Shown piece after piece: positions 8,902-18,992 of a stretch of 49,227 nucleotides of DNA. Location of the stretch: positions 1-49,227 of the forward strand of contig CAYFXU010000002.1 in assembly GCA_964347145.1 (NCBI GenBank). The letters run 5' to 3'. Each line of letters opens with the position of its first letter. Within the stretch, counting starts at the first letter, position 1. The position numbers were made by a program, and so were the translations under genes. This DNA comes from an uncultured Candidatus Bathyarchaeia archaeon. GTDB taxonomy: Archaea > Thermoproteota > Bathyarchaeia > Bathyarchaeales > Bathyarchaeaceae. The notes beneath the pieces were generated by a model. The model ran no database searches. It was not told where the DNA came from and was given only the letters and a program-made list of their open reading frames with translations.

Positions 8902-9687
8902 TTGTACTTGGTCTCAACTGTTGAAACAGCTGTAAAGTTGCGCAGGGTGGCCAAACATTACGCCGACATAGTAGCCGTCGACTACATAGATTTCGATGTT
9001 AAATACGGGGAAATCCTCGGTCTTCTAGGCCCCAACGGCTCAGGCAAATCCACAACCCTAAAGATGATTCTAGGATTAGTTAAGCCGGACTCCGGATCCG
9101 TGAATGTTCTCGGCATAAACGCCGAGGATGACCCTGTAGCAGTGAAGAGGCAGGTGGGATACATTCCAGAGTCTCCCAGTGTATACGAGTTTTTGACGGG
9201 ACTAGAATACCTCGACTTTGTTGGAGACATTTACGGAATAACTGCGTCAGAGAAGAAGGCTCGGATCGAAGAGTACTTGGAGGCTCTTGAACTGGAAGGA
9301 AGGGAAGGCGACATGATAAGCAGCTATTCTCAGGGAATGAAGCAGAAAACTGCGCTTATCTCCGCCTTCCTGCACAAGCCGAAATTGCTACTCTTAGATG
9401 AGCCTCTGAGCGGTCTAGACCCGAGGTCAGCTCGAATCGTGAAAGACTTACTCCGTGAACTGAAATCAACGGGAGTGACGACCCTCATGTCAACCCACAT
9501 TCTGGAGATCGCCCAAGCCATGTGCGACCGCATCGCCATCATGTACGAGGGAAGATTGCTGGCTCTAGGAAACATGAAGGAACTTCGGCAAAAGGCGAGA
9601 CTGCCAGGATCAGATCTAGAAGACATCTTCTTGAAACTCACGGGAACAGAAGACGTCAGAGAGGTGGTCGAGGCGCTCCTGAAATGA
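8902..9687 (+). CDS. ABC transporter ATP-binding protein
   Basis: Walker A GPNGSGKST, signature YSQGMKQK, Walker B LLLLDEPLSGLD and H-loop STHIL. The track gives a TTG start. Confidence 0.9.
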   Translation: MYLVSTVETAVKLRRVAKHYADIVAVDYIDFDVKYGEILGLLGPNGSGKSTTLKMILGLVKPDSGSVNVLGINAEDDPVAVKRQVGYIPESPSVYEFLTGLEYLDFVGDIYGITASEKKARIEEYLEALELEGREGDMISSYSQGMKQKTALISAFLHKPKLLLLDEPLSGLDPRSARIVKDLLRELKSTGVTTLMSTHILEIAQAMCDRIAIMYEGRLLALGNMKELRQKARLPGSDLEDIFLKLTGTEDVREVVEALLK

Positions 9688-11360
9688 ACTGGAGGAACGT
9701 TCTTCGACTGATAAGCGTAGACATAAAAGCTGGCAGACTGATTAGGGGTCGAAGGCTGAGAAGGTATCGAGAGAATAGGGGTTTTCAGTATCTGTTATAT
9801 GGAGGAGCCTTCATCCTAGGACTAGCGATAGGAATAGGCGTCGGGAATTTCTACTCTGGAATAGCTGATCAAGAAGTGAGGAACATGTTATATGAGGGCG
9901 CCCAATCCCTTTTCCTATCGTTCCCCACTCTGGTTCTCGTTTTCAGTCTGGTCTTCACCATGATGGGGCAAATCCAACGGATGGGTGTGAGAGCTTCCCT
10001 TCAACCGCCCTACTGGCTACCCATCACCTGGGAGGAACACACTCTTGCTTCCACCCTGGCTAACCTCATTGGCCTGCCCTCGGTTTTCCTCATTTTGTTG
10101 ATTTCAGTAATAGCAACGGCCTCAATCTATTTGGAGCAGGTGCCTCTTGCCACACTAACAATTCTTGCTTTGCTAGCCAGCGCCTTCCTGGCCAGCACGA
10201 CCACGGAGATTTTCAGAATCTTGCAGGTTCGGCTTATCGGGGCCGTTTACAAGTCTACAGGTAAGGCCGCGGTCTGGGTGAGATTTTTAGGTTCCATGGT
10301 CTTTTTGGTCGTCTTCTACGTAGTTTGGTTTGCTTTCACTTCTGGCATAGGTTCTGTTGCCCTCATCCAAGCTGTTGCGGGTGCTCAACAGGCGGTTTGG
10401 TTTGTTCCCTACATCTGGTTGGGGATGGTTTTGGCTGCCTTTGTAAGCGGCTTACTCGCACAAACTGTGATTTTCTCGCTGGCTTCCATTCTGTTCATCT
10501 TGGTTCTCTTCTATGTAGCAGTTAGGCTGAACGCCAGATTCGGGTTGTACGAGCCGCCAGCGATCACGGTGTCACGTGGAGTCTATGCTCCGAAAGTTGG
10601 CTTTTTGGGAAAGCTTGGTTTTTCCTCCTTGGAGGCAGCTGTGATACGGAAGGATTTCAAGGCTTTTACGAGACGTCGTGAACTGATGTACGTTTTCATT
10701 ACACCCCTAGTCTTCATACTCATACCCTTGATGCAGTATTCGGGGATATACGGGACCCAACCGCCAGGTGGTTCTCGATTTATTCTAGCTATGATCCTTC
10801 TAGTGCCTGGGCCCATAATGGCTGCTATGTTAGGACTTATGATAATCGGCCAGGAAGGCGAGTCTGTATGGCTCTTCTTTTCTTCGCCCATCAGTGCCCG
10901 CAGCCTTGTAAAGTGTAAGTACGCCTTTGTTATCATCTTCTCATTTGGGGTAATGCTGGTATGTGGCATTCTTGGAATTCTAGTCGCTCGTTATTCGCCA
11001 GACATTACTGTGGCATTGCTAATAGAGTCAATATTGCTAATCCTAGCGTTAGGTGCAGTTTCACTAAGAGCAGGAATAAAAGGAGCCGACTTCACCCAAG
11101 CTCCGAGACCCAGAATGGTTAGGCCTTTAACGGCTGTTGTCAACATGCTCCTATGCTTAGTTCTGGCGGTGGTAATATTTTCTCCCCTCCTTCTGCACGC
11201 AGCTACGATGGGATACATATCTATTCCCGTGCCCTTGCCAAAATTAAACCTAACCATAGCAGTTTCCATAAGCGCGGTTGTAGCCCTCGCAGTGACCGTT
11301 GTATTCTATGGAGTAGCTCTCAAAAGTGCAGAAGAGTTCTTAATCAAGGCTGAAATATAA
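9684..11360 (+). CDS. Large polytopic membrane protein, putative permease partner of the preceding ABC ATPase
   Basis: The track ORF starts at 9522 inside the ATPase gene. The ATG at 9684 overlaps the ATPase stop (ATGA) and gives 558 aa with at least 10 hydrophobic helices. No family motif recognised. Confidence 0.6.
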   Translation: MNWRNVLRLISVDIKAGRLIRGRRLRRYRENRGFQYLLYGGAFILGLAIGIGVGNFYSGIADQEVRNMLYEGAQSLFLSFPTLVLVFSLVFTMMGQIQRMGVRASLQPPYWLPITWEEHTLASTLANLIGLPSVFLILLISVIATASIYLEQVPLATLTILALLASAFLASTTTEIFRILQVRLIGAVYKSTGKAAVWVRFLGSMVFLVVFYVVWFAFTSGIGSVALIQAVAGAQQAVWFVPYIWLGMVLAAFVSGLLAQTVIFSLASILFILVLFYVAVRLNARFGLYEPPAITVSRGVYAPKVGFLGKLGFSSLEAAVIRKDFKAFTRRRELMYVFITPLVFILIPLMQYSGIYGTQPPGGSRFILAMILLVPGPIMAAMLGLMIIGQEGESVWLFFSSPISARSLVKCKYAFVIIFSFGVMLVCGILGILVARYSPDITVALLIESILLILALGAVSLRAGIKGADFTQAPRPRMVRPLTAVVNMLLCLVLAVVIFSPLLLHAATMGYISIPVPLPKLNLTIAVSISAVVALAVTVVFYGVALKSAEEFLIKAEI

Positions 11361-11379
11361 GCGAAAGATTAGAAGCATG

Positions 11380-12249
11380 CTAGGCTGTTCTCTTTGAAAC
11401 ATCTGACCTAACCAGCCTGATCGTAGATACCACAATGAAGATGGAGGTATACACTGCTACAAGGACACCTGCCAAAAGAAGATCAGAGCCTCCCTGTGTT
11501 GGAGAGATGAAAGGGCTGCTTGGAACATTCACAAGTTTTTCCATCACAAAGCTAGGGAAGTTGGAAGCACCCCAGTCTGGAAGCCATTTGCTAACATCTA
11601 GGTAAAGCTGTTCCCCTGTGAAGCCATAAACAGCAGATAATACACCACTTATCACCAAAGAAGCTATGAAAACGCCAATGGCAGAGAGGTAGGAGAGGGT
11701 AGTTCTTCTCAAAACCTCGCTGAACATAAAAGCCAAAGACAAGAAAACGAGGTTGGAATAAACAATGGCCAAGTAGATATGCGGGACGAACTGAAGACCT
11801 TCTTGCGGACTGAAAAATGTAACGGCCAAAATGACGCCAAGCACTGTCGTCAGGGCTGCTACGAAACTCAAAAGGGACAAACCACCCAAATATTTTCCAG
11901 TCATGTACTCGAGTTTTGTAATGGGTTTAGACAGCAGTATGTCTGATGTCCCATGCTCGTATTCCTCAGACATAGATCCGCCTGCAATCATGATGACTAT
12001 GAGGGACATAAAAAATCCTTGAGGAGTTAGAGCCTCGACAATCCACATGAAGGGTTTAATCTGTTCCAAAACACCCTGAAGACCAGGAGGTAGGTTAGGA
12101 GGAGGGTTTGTAAAAAGAAAATTGAACACCACGAAAATTAACACTTGAATTGCGAAAGCCAAGATGACCAAGGCGAAAAACCATTTCTTGGCTAGAGCTC
12201 TCTTCCACTCATAACTTGTAATATTCGCAACTCTTTGAAGTGTGTTCAT
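11380..12249 (-). CDS. ABC-2-type transporter permease
   Basis: 289 aa with about 6 hydrophobic segments. It starts 1 nt after the stop of the ATPase gene 12251..13198 on the same strand. Confidence 0.7.
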   Translation of the reverse strand: MNTLQRVANITSYEWKRALAKKWFFALVILAFAIQVLIFVVFNFLFTNPPPNLPPGLQGVLEQIKPFMWIVEALTPQGFFMSLIVIMIAGGSMSEEYEHGTSDILLSKPITKLEYMTGKYLGGLSLLSFVAALTTVLGVILAVTFFSPQEGLQFVPHIYLAIVYSNLVFLSLAFMFSEVLRRTTLSYLSAIGVFIASLVISGVLSAVYGFTGEQLYLDVSKWLPDWGASNFPSFVMEKLVNVPSSPFISPTQGGSDLLLAGVLVAVYTSIFIVVSTIRLVRSDVSKRTA

Positions 12250-12250
12250 T

Positions 12251-13198
12251 TCATTGTCCTCCCTTTAAGGCGCGGAGATAAGCGTCTTCCAACGTGATCT
12301 TGTTAAGGTTCAGACCTAGCAACACGCCTTTGCGCTTGAAGATTTCTGAGGAGATTTCGCCTCTAAAGTCCTTCTTCTCTTTTAGTTCTATCCTTAGTTT
12401 GTTTCCTTCAGCTTTCACGTCTTCCACGTAGTCGAGTCCTCTAAGGGCAGAAATCATTGTGTCTGTGACTCTTTTCAGTTCTGCTTCTATGACCCATTGT
12501 TGGGTGAAGGCCTCCAGCACTTGCCCTATTGGACCGTCGAAGAGCATGCTGCCTTTGTTGATCATTCCTACGTGGGTGCAGATTCGCTGAACTTCATCCA
12601 GGAGGTGGGATGATATGAAAACGGTTTTGCCCTGTTTTGAGAGAGTCGCGAAGAGGTCTCTGAAGTGGGCTGTGGCTTCTGGGTCCATGCCGATTGTAGG
12701 TTCGTCCATGACGAGAACCAGGGGATCGTTGATCAGGGCCAAAGCTATGGAGAGCCTCTGAACCATTCCTTTGCTATACTTTCCAATCTTTTTGTCGCCC
12801 CATTCTTCTAAGCCAACGAGGTCAAGGAGCTGTTTAATCCTCTCCTTCCTGGCCTGCGCAGCCAAACCAAACATCTTTCCCATAAAATGTAGCAGCTCCT
12901 CTCCGGTGAAGAAGGTTTGCAGTGTTGGCAGCTCCGGGGCGTATCCTAGGCTTTGAAGTGCTTGAACCGGGTCTTTGCTCGGATTGATGCCGGCTATCTG
13001 AACTTCACCTTGGTCCGGCTTTAGGAGACCGAGCATGGTTCTTATGGTTGTGGTTTTTCCTGCTCCGTTTGGGCCAAGATAGCCGTAGACCCATCCTTTT
13101 TTTACTGCAAGAGAGACAGAGTCTAGGGCTTTGAAGTCTCCATAGAATTTCGTGAGGTTTGAAACTGTGATTACTGAGTGAGAAGACATGCCATGCAC
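12251..13198 (-). CDS. ABC transporter ATP-binding protein (ABC-2/CcmA-like) with a C-terminal extra domain
   Basis: Walker A GPNGAGKTT, signature YSKGMVQR, Walker B LVLVMDEPTIGMD and SSHLL. Confidence 0.9.
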   Translation of the reverse strand: MHGMSSHSVITVSNLTKFYGDFKALDSVSLAVKKGWVYGYLGPNGAGKTTTIRTMLGLLKPDQGEVQIAGINPSKDPVQALQSLGYAPELPTLQTFFTGEELLHFMGKMFGLAAQARKERIKQLLDLVGLEEWGDKKIGKYSKGMVQRLSIALALINDPLVLVMDEPTIGMDPEATAHFRDLFATLSKQGKTVFISSHLLDEVQRICTHVGMINKGSMLFDGPIGQVLEAFTQQWVIEAELKRVTDTMISALRGLDYVEDVKAEGNKLRIELKEKKDFRGEISSEIFKRKGVLLGLNLNKITLEDAYLRALKGGQ

Positions 13199-13224
13199 CG
13201 ATCGCGATAATTCTGGTTGGGTTC

Positions 13225-14565
13225 TTAATAAACTTTGACAATAGGAGCCTTGCGCCTTGGTAGGTTTGTGGCAGTTTCTTGGGCCTTCAGCATGACCTCT
13301 TCTTCCTCTAGGGTTTTGACCTCCTTGTTTTCCATGAGTATTCTTCCGTCTACGATAACGGTGTCTACGTCATTTCCATACGCAGAATAGACTATGTTGG
13401 CGTAGAAGTCATGGATAGGTGTTAAGTGAGGTTTCTTGAAGTCAAGGAGGATTAAGTCTGCTTTCTTGCCGACTTCTAGCGATCCTACTGTTTTTTCTAG
13501 GCCTAAGGTTTTGGCGCCGTCTATTGTAGCCATTTCTAAAACCTTTTGAGCTGGCAAAACTTTTGGGTCTCTATAGTATAGCTTCTGTAGAAGAGCTGCG
13601 ACCTTCATAGATTGGAACATGTCTAGGTTGTTGTTGCTGGCTGGTCCATCTGTTCCTACGCCAACGGTTACACCCAAGTCTAGGAGTTCTTTGATTTTCG
13701 CTGTGCCTTGGGCGAGTTTCATGTTGGCAACTGGATTGTAGGAAACCCTAACGTTGTGTTTGGCGAGGAGTTGCATCTCTCTTTCAGTTAGGTTGATGCA
13801 GTGGGCGGCTAGGACATCTGGACCCAAGAAATCTATTTTTTCTAGTAGCTCAACTTCTGCGAGACCGTGTTTCCGTTTTGTCTGGTTGACAGCTTGTTCG
13901 GATTCTGCTAGATGTATGTGGAGGCCTGCGTTCAGTTCCGAGGCTTTTTGTCGCACTTTGGCTAGGAGATCCAAGCTGCATGTGTAGAGGGCGTGCGGGG
14001 CTAACTGAACTGTGACTCTTCCGTTCGCGTAGCCCTTATGTTTTCGGGCGAAGTCTACGCTATCCTGCAACATTTTTTCTCCTCTGCGCAAGAGACCTGC
14101 CTCCAGAATTCCTTGGGCTAGAACAGCTCGTAGGCCTGCTTTCTCAACTGCCTTTGCCACTTGATCCTCGTGCAAGTACATGTCTGCGAAGGTTGTGGTT
14201 CCACTTTTTATCATTTCCAAGCAGCCGAGTGAGGCGCCATCATAGACGTCCCCTGGCTTCAGTTTTGCTTCCAAAGGCCAAATACTCTCTTTCAACCACG
14301 TTTCTAACGGCTGGTCTTCAACGATTCCACGGAAAATAGTCATGGCCAAATGGGTGTGACAGTTGACCAAGCCAGGCATAGCCACCTTTCCACGGCCGTC
14401 CAAAATTCTTTCAGCTTTGGTTCTTAGAGAGTTAGACTTCTTCCCCACGCGAATTATCTTGTCGTTTTTTATGGCAACTGCGCCTTCTCTGACGACCTCT
14501 CTGCCGTCCATTGGAATGATAACACAGTTGCGGATCAGGATGTTTGCTTCTCTCAAGCGGATCAC
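13225..14565 (-). CDS. mtaD: Amidohydrolase-superfamily nucleoside deaminase (MtaD/DadD-type 5'-methylthioadenosine/S-adenosylhomocysteine deaminase)
   Basis: 446 aa with the metal-ligand motifs VNCHTHLAM, HIHLAES, AAHCI and GTDG. Confidence 0.75.
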   Translation of the reverse strand: MIRLREANILIRNCVIIPMDGREVVREGAVAIKNDKIIRVGKKSNSLRTKAERILDGRGKVAMPGLVNCHTHLAMTIFRGIVEDQPLETWLKESIWPLEAKLKPGDVYDGASLGCLEMIKSGTTTFADMYLHEDQVAKAVEKAGLRAVLAQGILEAGLLRRGEKMLQDSVDFARKHKGYANGRVTVQLAPHALYTCSLDLLAKVRQKASELNAGLHIHLAESEQAVNQTKRKHGLAEVELLEKIDFLGPDVLAAHCINLTEREMQLLAKHNVRVSYNPVANMKLAQGTAKIKELLDLGVTVGVGTDGPASNNNLDMFQSMKVAALLQKLYYRDPKVLPAQKVLEMATIDGAKTLGLEKTVGSLEVGKKADLILLDFKKPHLTPIHDFYANIVYSAYGNDVDTVIVDGRILMENKEVKTLEEEEVMLKAQETATNLPRRKAPIVKVY

Positions 14566-14842
14566 CAGTTAAGTTGACATACAAGGAAAAGCCCTGAAGA
14601 CAGATATAAAGAACTCAGGATCCATCGCATTATGTTCCCTTTCCGGACGCGTATCGGAGATAATGGAGCCTTTAATCTTGTTCGCTTGGCAACGGGGCGA
14701 AAACGGTTTTTTCCATTGGCATCTGAAAGACTACTCTCTTCCTATGATCCTATTCTTTCACGCAGATCTTGTTATGATTGGGTAATTTTGATAGGTGGAG
14801 TAAAAATGGGGGTTTGAAAAGCGGTTTGCTTTCTCTCGTCAC

Positions 14843-16042
14843 CTAATACTCGTAGAATCCCTTACCAGTCTTGGTTCCCAACTCGCCCTTCTTCACCATG
14901 TCCTCCAAGAGTGGGCTGGGCCTGTAAAACGGTCCGTAACGTGCTTCAATCTCCTTCAACTTCTCGACCACCGTGTCGATGCCCAAGGAATCTGCCAATT
15001 CTAGCAAGCCTATGGGTGCGTTGAAGCCTAACTTTATTGCTTTATCGATGTCTTCTTTGGTGGTCACATTTTCCCTCACCAACTCTGCGGCAATGTTGAT
15101 ATTTACGTAATTTGGAGTCATGGCGTCAAATTTCTCGGCTTTTTCCACAGGTAGGTCCCGTCCACGTGAATCGAGTGGAACCCATTTTTTCTCAGGATAC
15201 GTGTAGAATCCTTTTCCCGTTTTTACTCCTAGTTCGCCTTTCTCAACTTTCTCTTTGAAGAGCGGACACATCTCGAATCCCGTCCATCTCTCGTTCATGA
15301 ATTTCATCACGCTGGCTCCGACGTCTATACCTGTGAAGTCCATCAGCCCAAATAGTCCCATAGGCATTCCAGCCTTGTGTATTGCTGCAGCATCCACTTC
15401 CTCGATTGTGTACTCTCCTCGATAGACCAACCATCCAACGAGGTTTGATCCTGGAATCGTTGCCCTGTTAGCTACAAAACCAGGGATATCCTTCTCGCAG
15501 ACGATGGTTTCTTTACCAAACCTCTTCCCAAGTTCAATAGTAGTGTTTAGCGTTTCATCGCTCGTCTTCTCGCCTCTGACCATTTCGACCAGGCGCATCA
15601 TTTGCGGAGGGCTGAAGAAGTGCATACCGACAACTTTCTCAGGTCTATCGGTAGCCGTGGCGATTTCGGTTATTGGTAGGGCGCTGGTGTTTGTGGCCAA
15701 AATCGCATGTGAGGGTGCGTATCCATCGATTTCTTTAAACACTTGCTGCTTCAATTTTAGATTTTCGGGAACAGCTTCTATTACGAAATCCACATCCTTC
15801 GTAGCTTCTTGGAGCGAAACTGTTGTGTTGATCCGCTCCAAAGCTTTATTGGAGTCTTCCTCTAATATCCGACCTTTCTGGACGAATTTGCCTAGGCTCC
15901 ATCTTATTTTTTCCATACCGCTGCTGAGAAACCTCTCTTCTATGTCTCTCATGTTCACTTCATAACCAGCAGTAGCTGCTACTTGCGTTATTCCATGTCC
16001 CATCAAGCCGGCGCCGAGAACCGCGATTTTCTTAATCTCCAA
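14843..16042 (-). CDS. 3-hydroxyacyl-CoA (3-hydroxybutyryl-CoA) dehydrogenase with a duplicated C-terminal domain
   Basis: Rossmann IAVLGAGLMGHGI, plus NTSALPI and HFFSPP. Two tandem C-terminal-domain motifs are present (GELGVKTGKGFYTY and GELGTKTGKGFYEY). The track ORF starts at 16120, but the TTG at 16042 preceded by GGAGGAG (8-nt spacer) puts the Rossmann motif at the N-terminus. Confidence 0.85.
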   Translation of the reverse strand: MEIKKIAVLGAGLMGHGITQVAATAGYEVNMRDIEERFLSSGMEKIRWSLGKFVQKGRILEEDSNKALERINTTVSLQEATKDVDFVIEAVPENLKLKQQVFKEIDGYAPSHAILATNTSALPITEIATATDRPEKVVGMHFFSPPQMMRLVEMVRGEKTSDETLNTTIELGKRFGKETIVCEKDIPGFVANRATIPGSNLVGWLVYRGEYTIEEVDAAAIHKAGMPMGLFGLMDFTGIDVGASVMKFMNERWTGFEMCPLFKEKVEKGELGVKTGKGFYTYPEKKWVPLDSRGRDLPVEKAEKFDAMTPNYVNINIAAELVRENVTTKEDIDKAIKLGFNAPIGLLELADSLGIDTVVEKLKEIEARYGPFYRPSPLLEDMVKKGELGTKTGKGFYEY

Positions 16043-16245
16043 TTCATAATCTCCTCCTTCAACCTTTTTTAGACGTGAGAGGCAAAGGTATGGAGGCGCA
16101 CACACAAAAATCTTTCCCACCAGCCTCTCGCGTCTTTTTCTATATTTAGTTGAGGAAAATAGGCTAAACCATAAGGCAAAAATTAAAGTTGCTCCAACCT
16201 ACAAGACAATCTACGAGAAGTGGCGACTGGCTGGGCGAAGCGAAG

Positions 16246-16830
16246 ATGGATCTAACGGTTCTGGTGGAATATTTACCCTACGTTTTAATCTTAGGAGGAA
16301 TCATCGCGATTTCTTGGTTGCTAGAAAGATTGGTCAAACCCGCGCCCGTCGTAGGGGGACTTGCAAGTGGATTGGTTAAGATTATGTCGCTTTTTGGATT
16401 TTTTGTGGGAATTCTTTTGATCGTAACGGCGGCAGTGGCTTGGTCAACCGACGCGGCTCAAGTTGATACCGGCACTCAGTACTTGTTGATTCTAGCAGGG
16501 CTAGCATTGTTTCTGAAACCATTGAAAGACATTCCCTGGGCGGCTTTGATGGGTTTGACTGTAGGCGGCTTGTGTGTCGGTTTCGTGTTCTTGTTCTATC
16601 CTTTGCCACAAGCTGTCTCCGGCATTTCATCCACGTGGATATATCTGGCGATTTTTCTTATTCCTGCTCTGGTTGCCTATGTGCTCTTCAAATTTATTGA
16701 AGATGTGTTGAAGCTTATCGGAATGGTCCTGACCTTTAAGCCTGTAACCCTCGCTTTAGGTTTAATATGCATTGCTCAAGGAATTCTTTTGCTTCTTAAC
16801 ACAAGCTTGTTCGAAATATTATTTGCTTAA
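16246..16830 (+). CDS. Hypothetical integral membrane protein
   Basis: The track ORF starts at TTG 16189. The ATG at 16246 begins directly with a TM helix (MDLTVLVEYLPYVLILGGIIAISWLL). About 6 helices, no recognised motif. Confidence 0.5.
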   Translation: MDLTVLVEYLPYVLILGGIIAISWLLERLVKPAPVVGGLASGLVKIMSLFGFFVGILLIVTAAVAWSTDAAQVDTGTQYLLILAGLALFLKPLKDIPWAALMGLTVGGLCVGFVFLFYPLPQAVSGISSTWIYLAIFLIPALVAYVLFKFIEDVLKLIGMVLTFKPVTLALGLICIAQGILLLLNTSLFEILFA

Positions 16831-16870
16831 TCGATGGAAAAGAAAAAGGTGGAGAATTACTGAGTGCTTC

Positions 16871-18172
16871 TCAACCCTTCTTTGTGATTTCCTTGATCAC
16901 TCCAGCGGCGATGGTTGTTCCCATATCCCGTATCGCAAACCGCCCAAGCTCAGGAAAGTCGCTGTAAGCTTCAACAGAAATCGGGTATATCGGTTCAAAT
17001 CGCACAATCGCACCGTCGCCAGTCTTCAGAAACGCCGGTTTTTCTTCGATGGTTTGCCCAGTTCTTGGGTCAAGTTTCGCAACTAGCTCTGTGAATCTGC
17101 ATGAAACTTGGCCTGTGTGAGCGTGCAGCACGGGAGAATATCCAGCGGCTATGGCTGTTGGATGATAGATCACGATAATTTGCCCAACGAATTCTCTTGC
17201 AACGGTTGGCGGGTTGTCGGTATGGCCACCCACGTCTCCACGGCGAACATCCTTTCTGGAGACACCCCTAACACTGAATCCAATGTTGTCGCCAGGAACA
17301 GCTTTCGGGATGTTAACGTGATGAGTTTCGATGGACTTTACTTCTCCTTTTGAATCTGAGGGCATAAACACAATCGTGTCTCCAGCTTTTAGAACCCCGG
17401 TTTCCACCCTTCCAACAGGAACTGTCCCAACTCCGGTGATCGTATAAACATCTTGCACTGGAAGACGCAGGGGCTTGTCAATGGGTTTCGGTGGAACTTC
17501 GAACGTGTCCAGAGCCTCGAAGAGTGAAGGGCCCTTATACCAAGGCATCTTGTCGCTGCGTTTGACGAGATTGTCACCGGTCCATCCCGACGTGGGAACA
17601 AAAGGTATCTTGTCAACGTTGTAGCCAACCATCTTGAGCATGCGAGAAATTTCATTTTTGATTTCTTCGTATCTCTCCTGTTTCCAGTCCACTGATGCAT
17701 CGTCCATTTTGTTGATTGCAACTGCCATCTGGTTTACTCCCAGCGTGTAAGCCAGAAAGGCGTGTTCCCTAGTTTGTCCACCCGGTCCGATGCCCGCTTC
17801 GAATTCTCCTCGTTTAGCTGAAACGAAGAGGATGGCCGCGTCTGATTGGCTGGCTCCGGTGACCATGTTTTTGACGAAATCTCTGTGTCCTGGAGCATCG
17901 ATGATTGTAAAAAAATACTTCGGTGTTTCAAATTTCAGGTATGCAACGTCTATGGTTAGACCTCTTTCTCGTTCCTCTTTGAGTTTGTCTAGGACCCAAG
18001 CGAATTTGAAGGTTTCCTTTCCCAATTTCTTGGCTTCTTCTTCGTATGTCTTGGCGGTTCTCTCGTTGACGGTTCCTGTGAGGTAGAACAAGTGGCCGAC
18101 GGTTGTAGATTTTCCATGGTCGACGTGTCCGATGACGACTAGGTTTAAGTGGGTTTTTTCGGCTTTACTCAT
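16871..18172 (-). CDS. tuf: Translation elongation factor 1-alpha (aEF-1alpha/EF-Tu)
   Basis: 433 aa with G1 GHVDHGKST, G3 DAPGHRDF and G4 NKMD. GGAGGAGAAAAA lies directly upstream of the ATG. Confidence 0.97.
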   Translation of the reverse strand: MSKAEKTHLNLVVIGHVDHGKSTTVGHLFYLTGTVNERTAKTYEEEAKKLGKETFKFAWVLDKLKEERERGLTIDVAYLKFETPKYFFTIIDAPGHRDFVKNMVTGASQSDAAILFVSAKRGEFEAGIGPGGQTREHAFLAYTLGVNQMAVAINKMDDASVDWKQERYEEIKNEISRMLKMVGYNVDKIPFVPTSGWTGDNLVKRSDKMPWYKGPSLFEALDTFEVPPKPIDKPLRLPVQDVYTITGVGTVPVGRVETGVLKAGDTIVFMPSDSKGEVKSIETHHVNIPKAVPGDNIGFSVRGVSRKDVRRGDVGGHTDNPPTVAREFVGQIIVIYHPTAIAAGYSPVLHAHTGQVSCRFTELVAKLDPRTGQTIEEKPAFLKTGDGAIVRFEPIYPISVEAYSDFPELGRFAIRDMGTTIAAGVIKEITKKG

Positions 18173-18326
18173 TTTTTCTCCTCCATATCTTATTTGAGCC
18201 TATTCCTCCAGTTGTAATGAAATTCGTAGAGAAGACAGTTGATTCAGTTATTTTAATTTTTTGAAAGGATTTTGGGTTGTCGACGTGCTTTCCGGTCTTG
18301 ACTCTCTCATGCGGTGTGAAGGTTGT

Positions 18327-18929
18327 CTAGCGGGAAGACTGAGCTATTCTTTCCATTTCGTTGCGTTTTTGCACGGCGTAGCTTTTTACATCTTTATTGG
18401 CTGCTAAGATCAAGTCTTCGGCGAGGCATTCTTCCAAGGAACGAGGGTTGCCAAAAGCGATCTTTCTTGCTCCCTCAGAAAGAAAACGGAGGGCAAGGTC
18501 AACTCGCCTTTGAGGAGATATGTCCACAGCCATGCGATAGGCGATGCCTCCATAGCTGATGCGGGTGGTATCCTCGCAGGGGGCAGCGTTTTCAATTGCC
18601 CTTACAAGGACTTGTATTGGATTCTCTCCTGTGCGGAGATGGATGATCTCGAAGGCATTTTTGACCACATTTATCGCTCTAGCCTTTTTTCCAGCGCTAC
18701 TGCCAGGTCGCATTAGGTTGTTTATGAGTCTCTCAACAATGTTAACTTTGGCCTTGCGAAATTTCCCATGCTCGTGTCTCCCCATGCTGTGGGGAACGTA
18801 AACTGGGTTAAGAGACAAAGAACGTGCGTCAAGCATGTACCGCCTGAGCCCTAGGTCCACTACCTCGATCCCGTCAAAACTCCACTTTCCGAATAATTTG
18901 ACCTCCTGCCCGTTGCTCAAGTGTGTCAC
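18327..18929 (-). CDS. rps7: 30S ribosomal protein S7 (uS7)
   Basis: 200 aa showing the archaeal uS7 pattern GKKARAINVVKNAFEII...NPIQVLVRAIENAAPCEDTTRISYGGIAYRMAVDISPQRRVDLALRFL. Confidence 0.93.
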   Translation of the reverse strand: MTHLSNGQEVKLFGKWSFDGIEVVDLGLRRYMLDARSLSLNPVYVPHSMGRHEHGKFRKAKVNIVERLINNLMRPGSSAGKKARAINVVKNAFEIIHLRTGENPIQVLVRAIENAAPCEDTTRISYGGIAYRMAVDISPQRRVDLALRFLSEGARKIAFGNPRSLEECLAEDLILAANKDVKSYAVQKRNEMERIAQSSR

Positions 18930-18992
18930 CTTGACAAACCTTTTGGGTTTAGAAGCCTCTATTTAAGGGTTGTTCAGAAGCTGGGTTTGATT

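Noticed and set aside
9522-9683. N-terminal 54-aa extension of the permease ORF in the track (MRPHRHHVRGKIAGSRK...)
   Set aside because: It lies entirely inside the well-supported ABC ATPase gene in another frame and is Arg/His-rich, with an out-of-frame composition. The ATG at 9684 gives a classic ATGA stop/start overlap and begins the hydrophobic protein.
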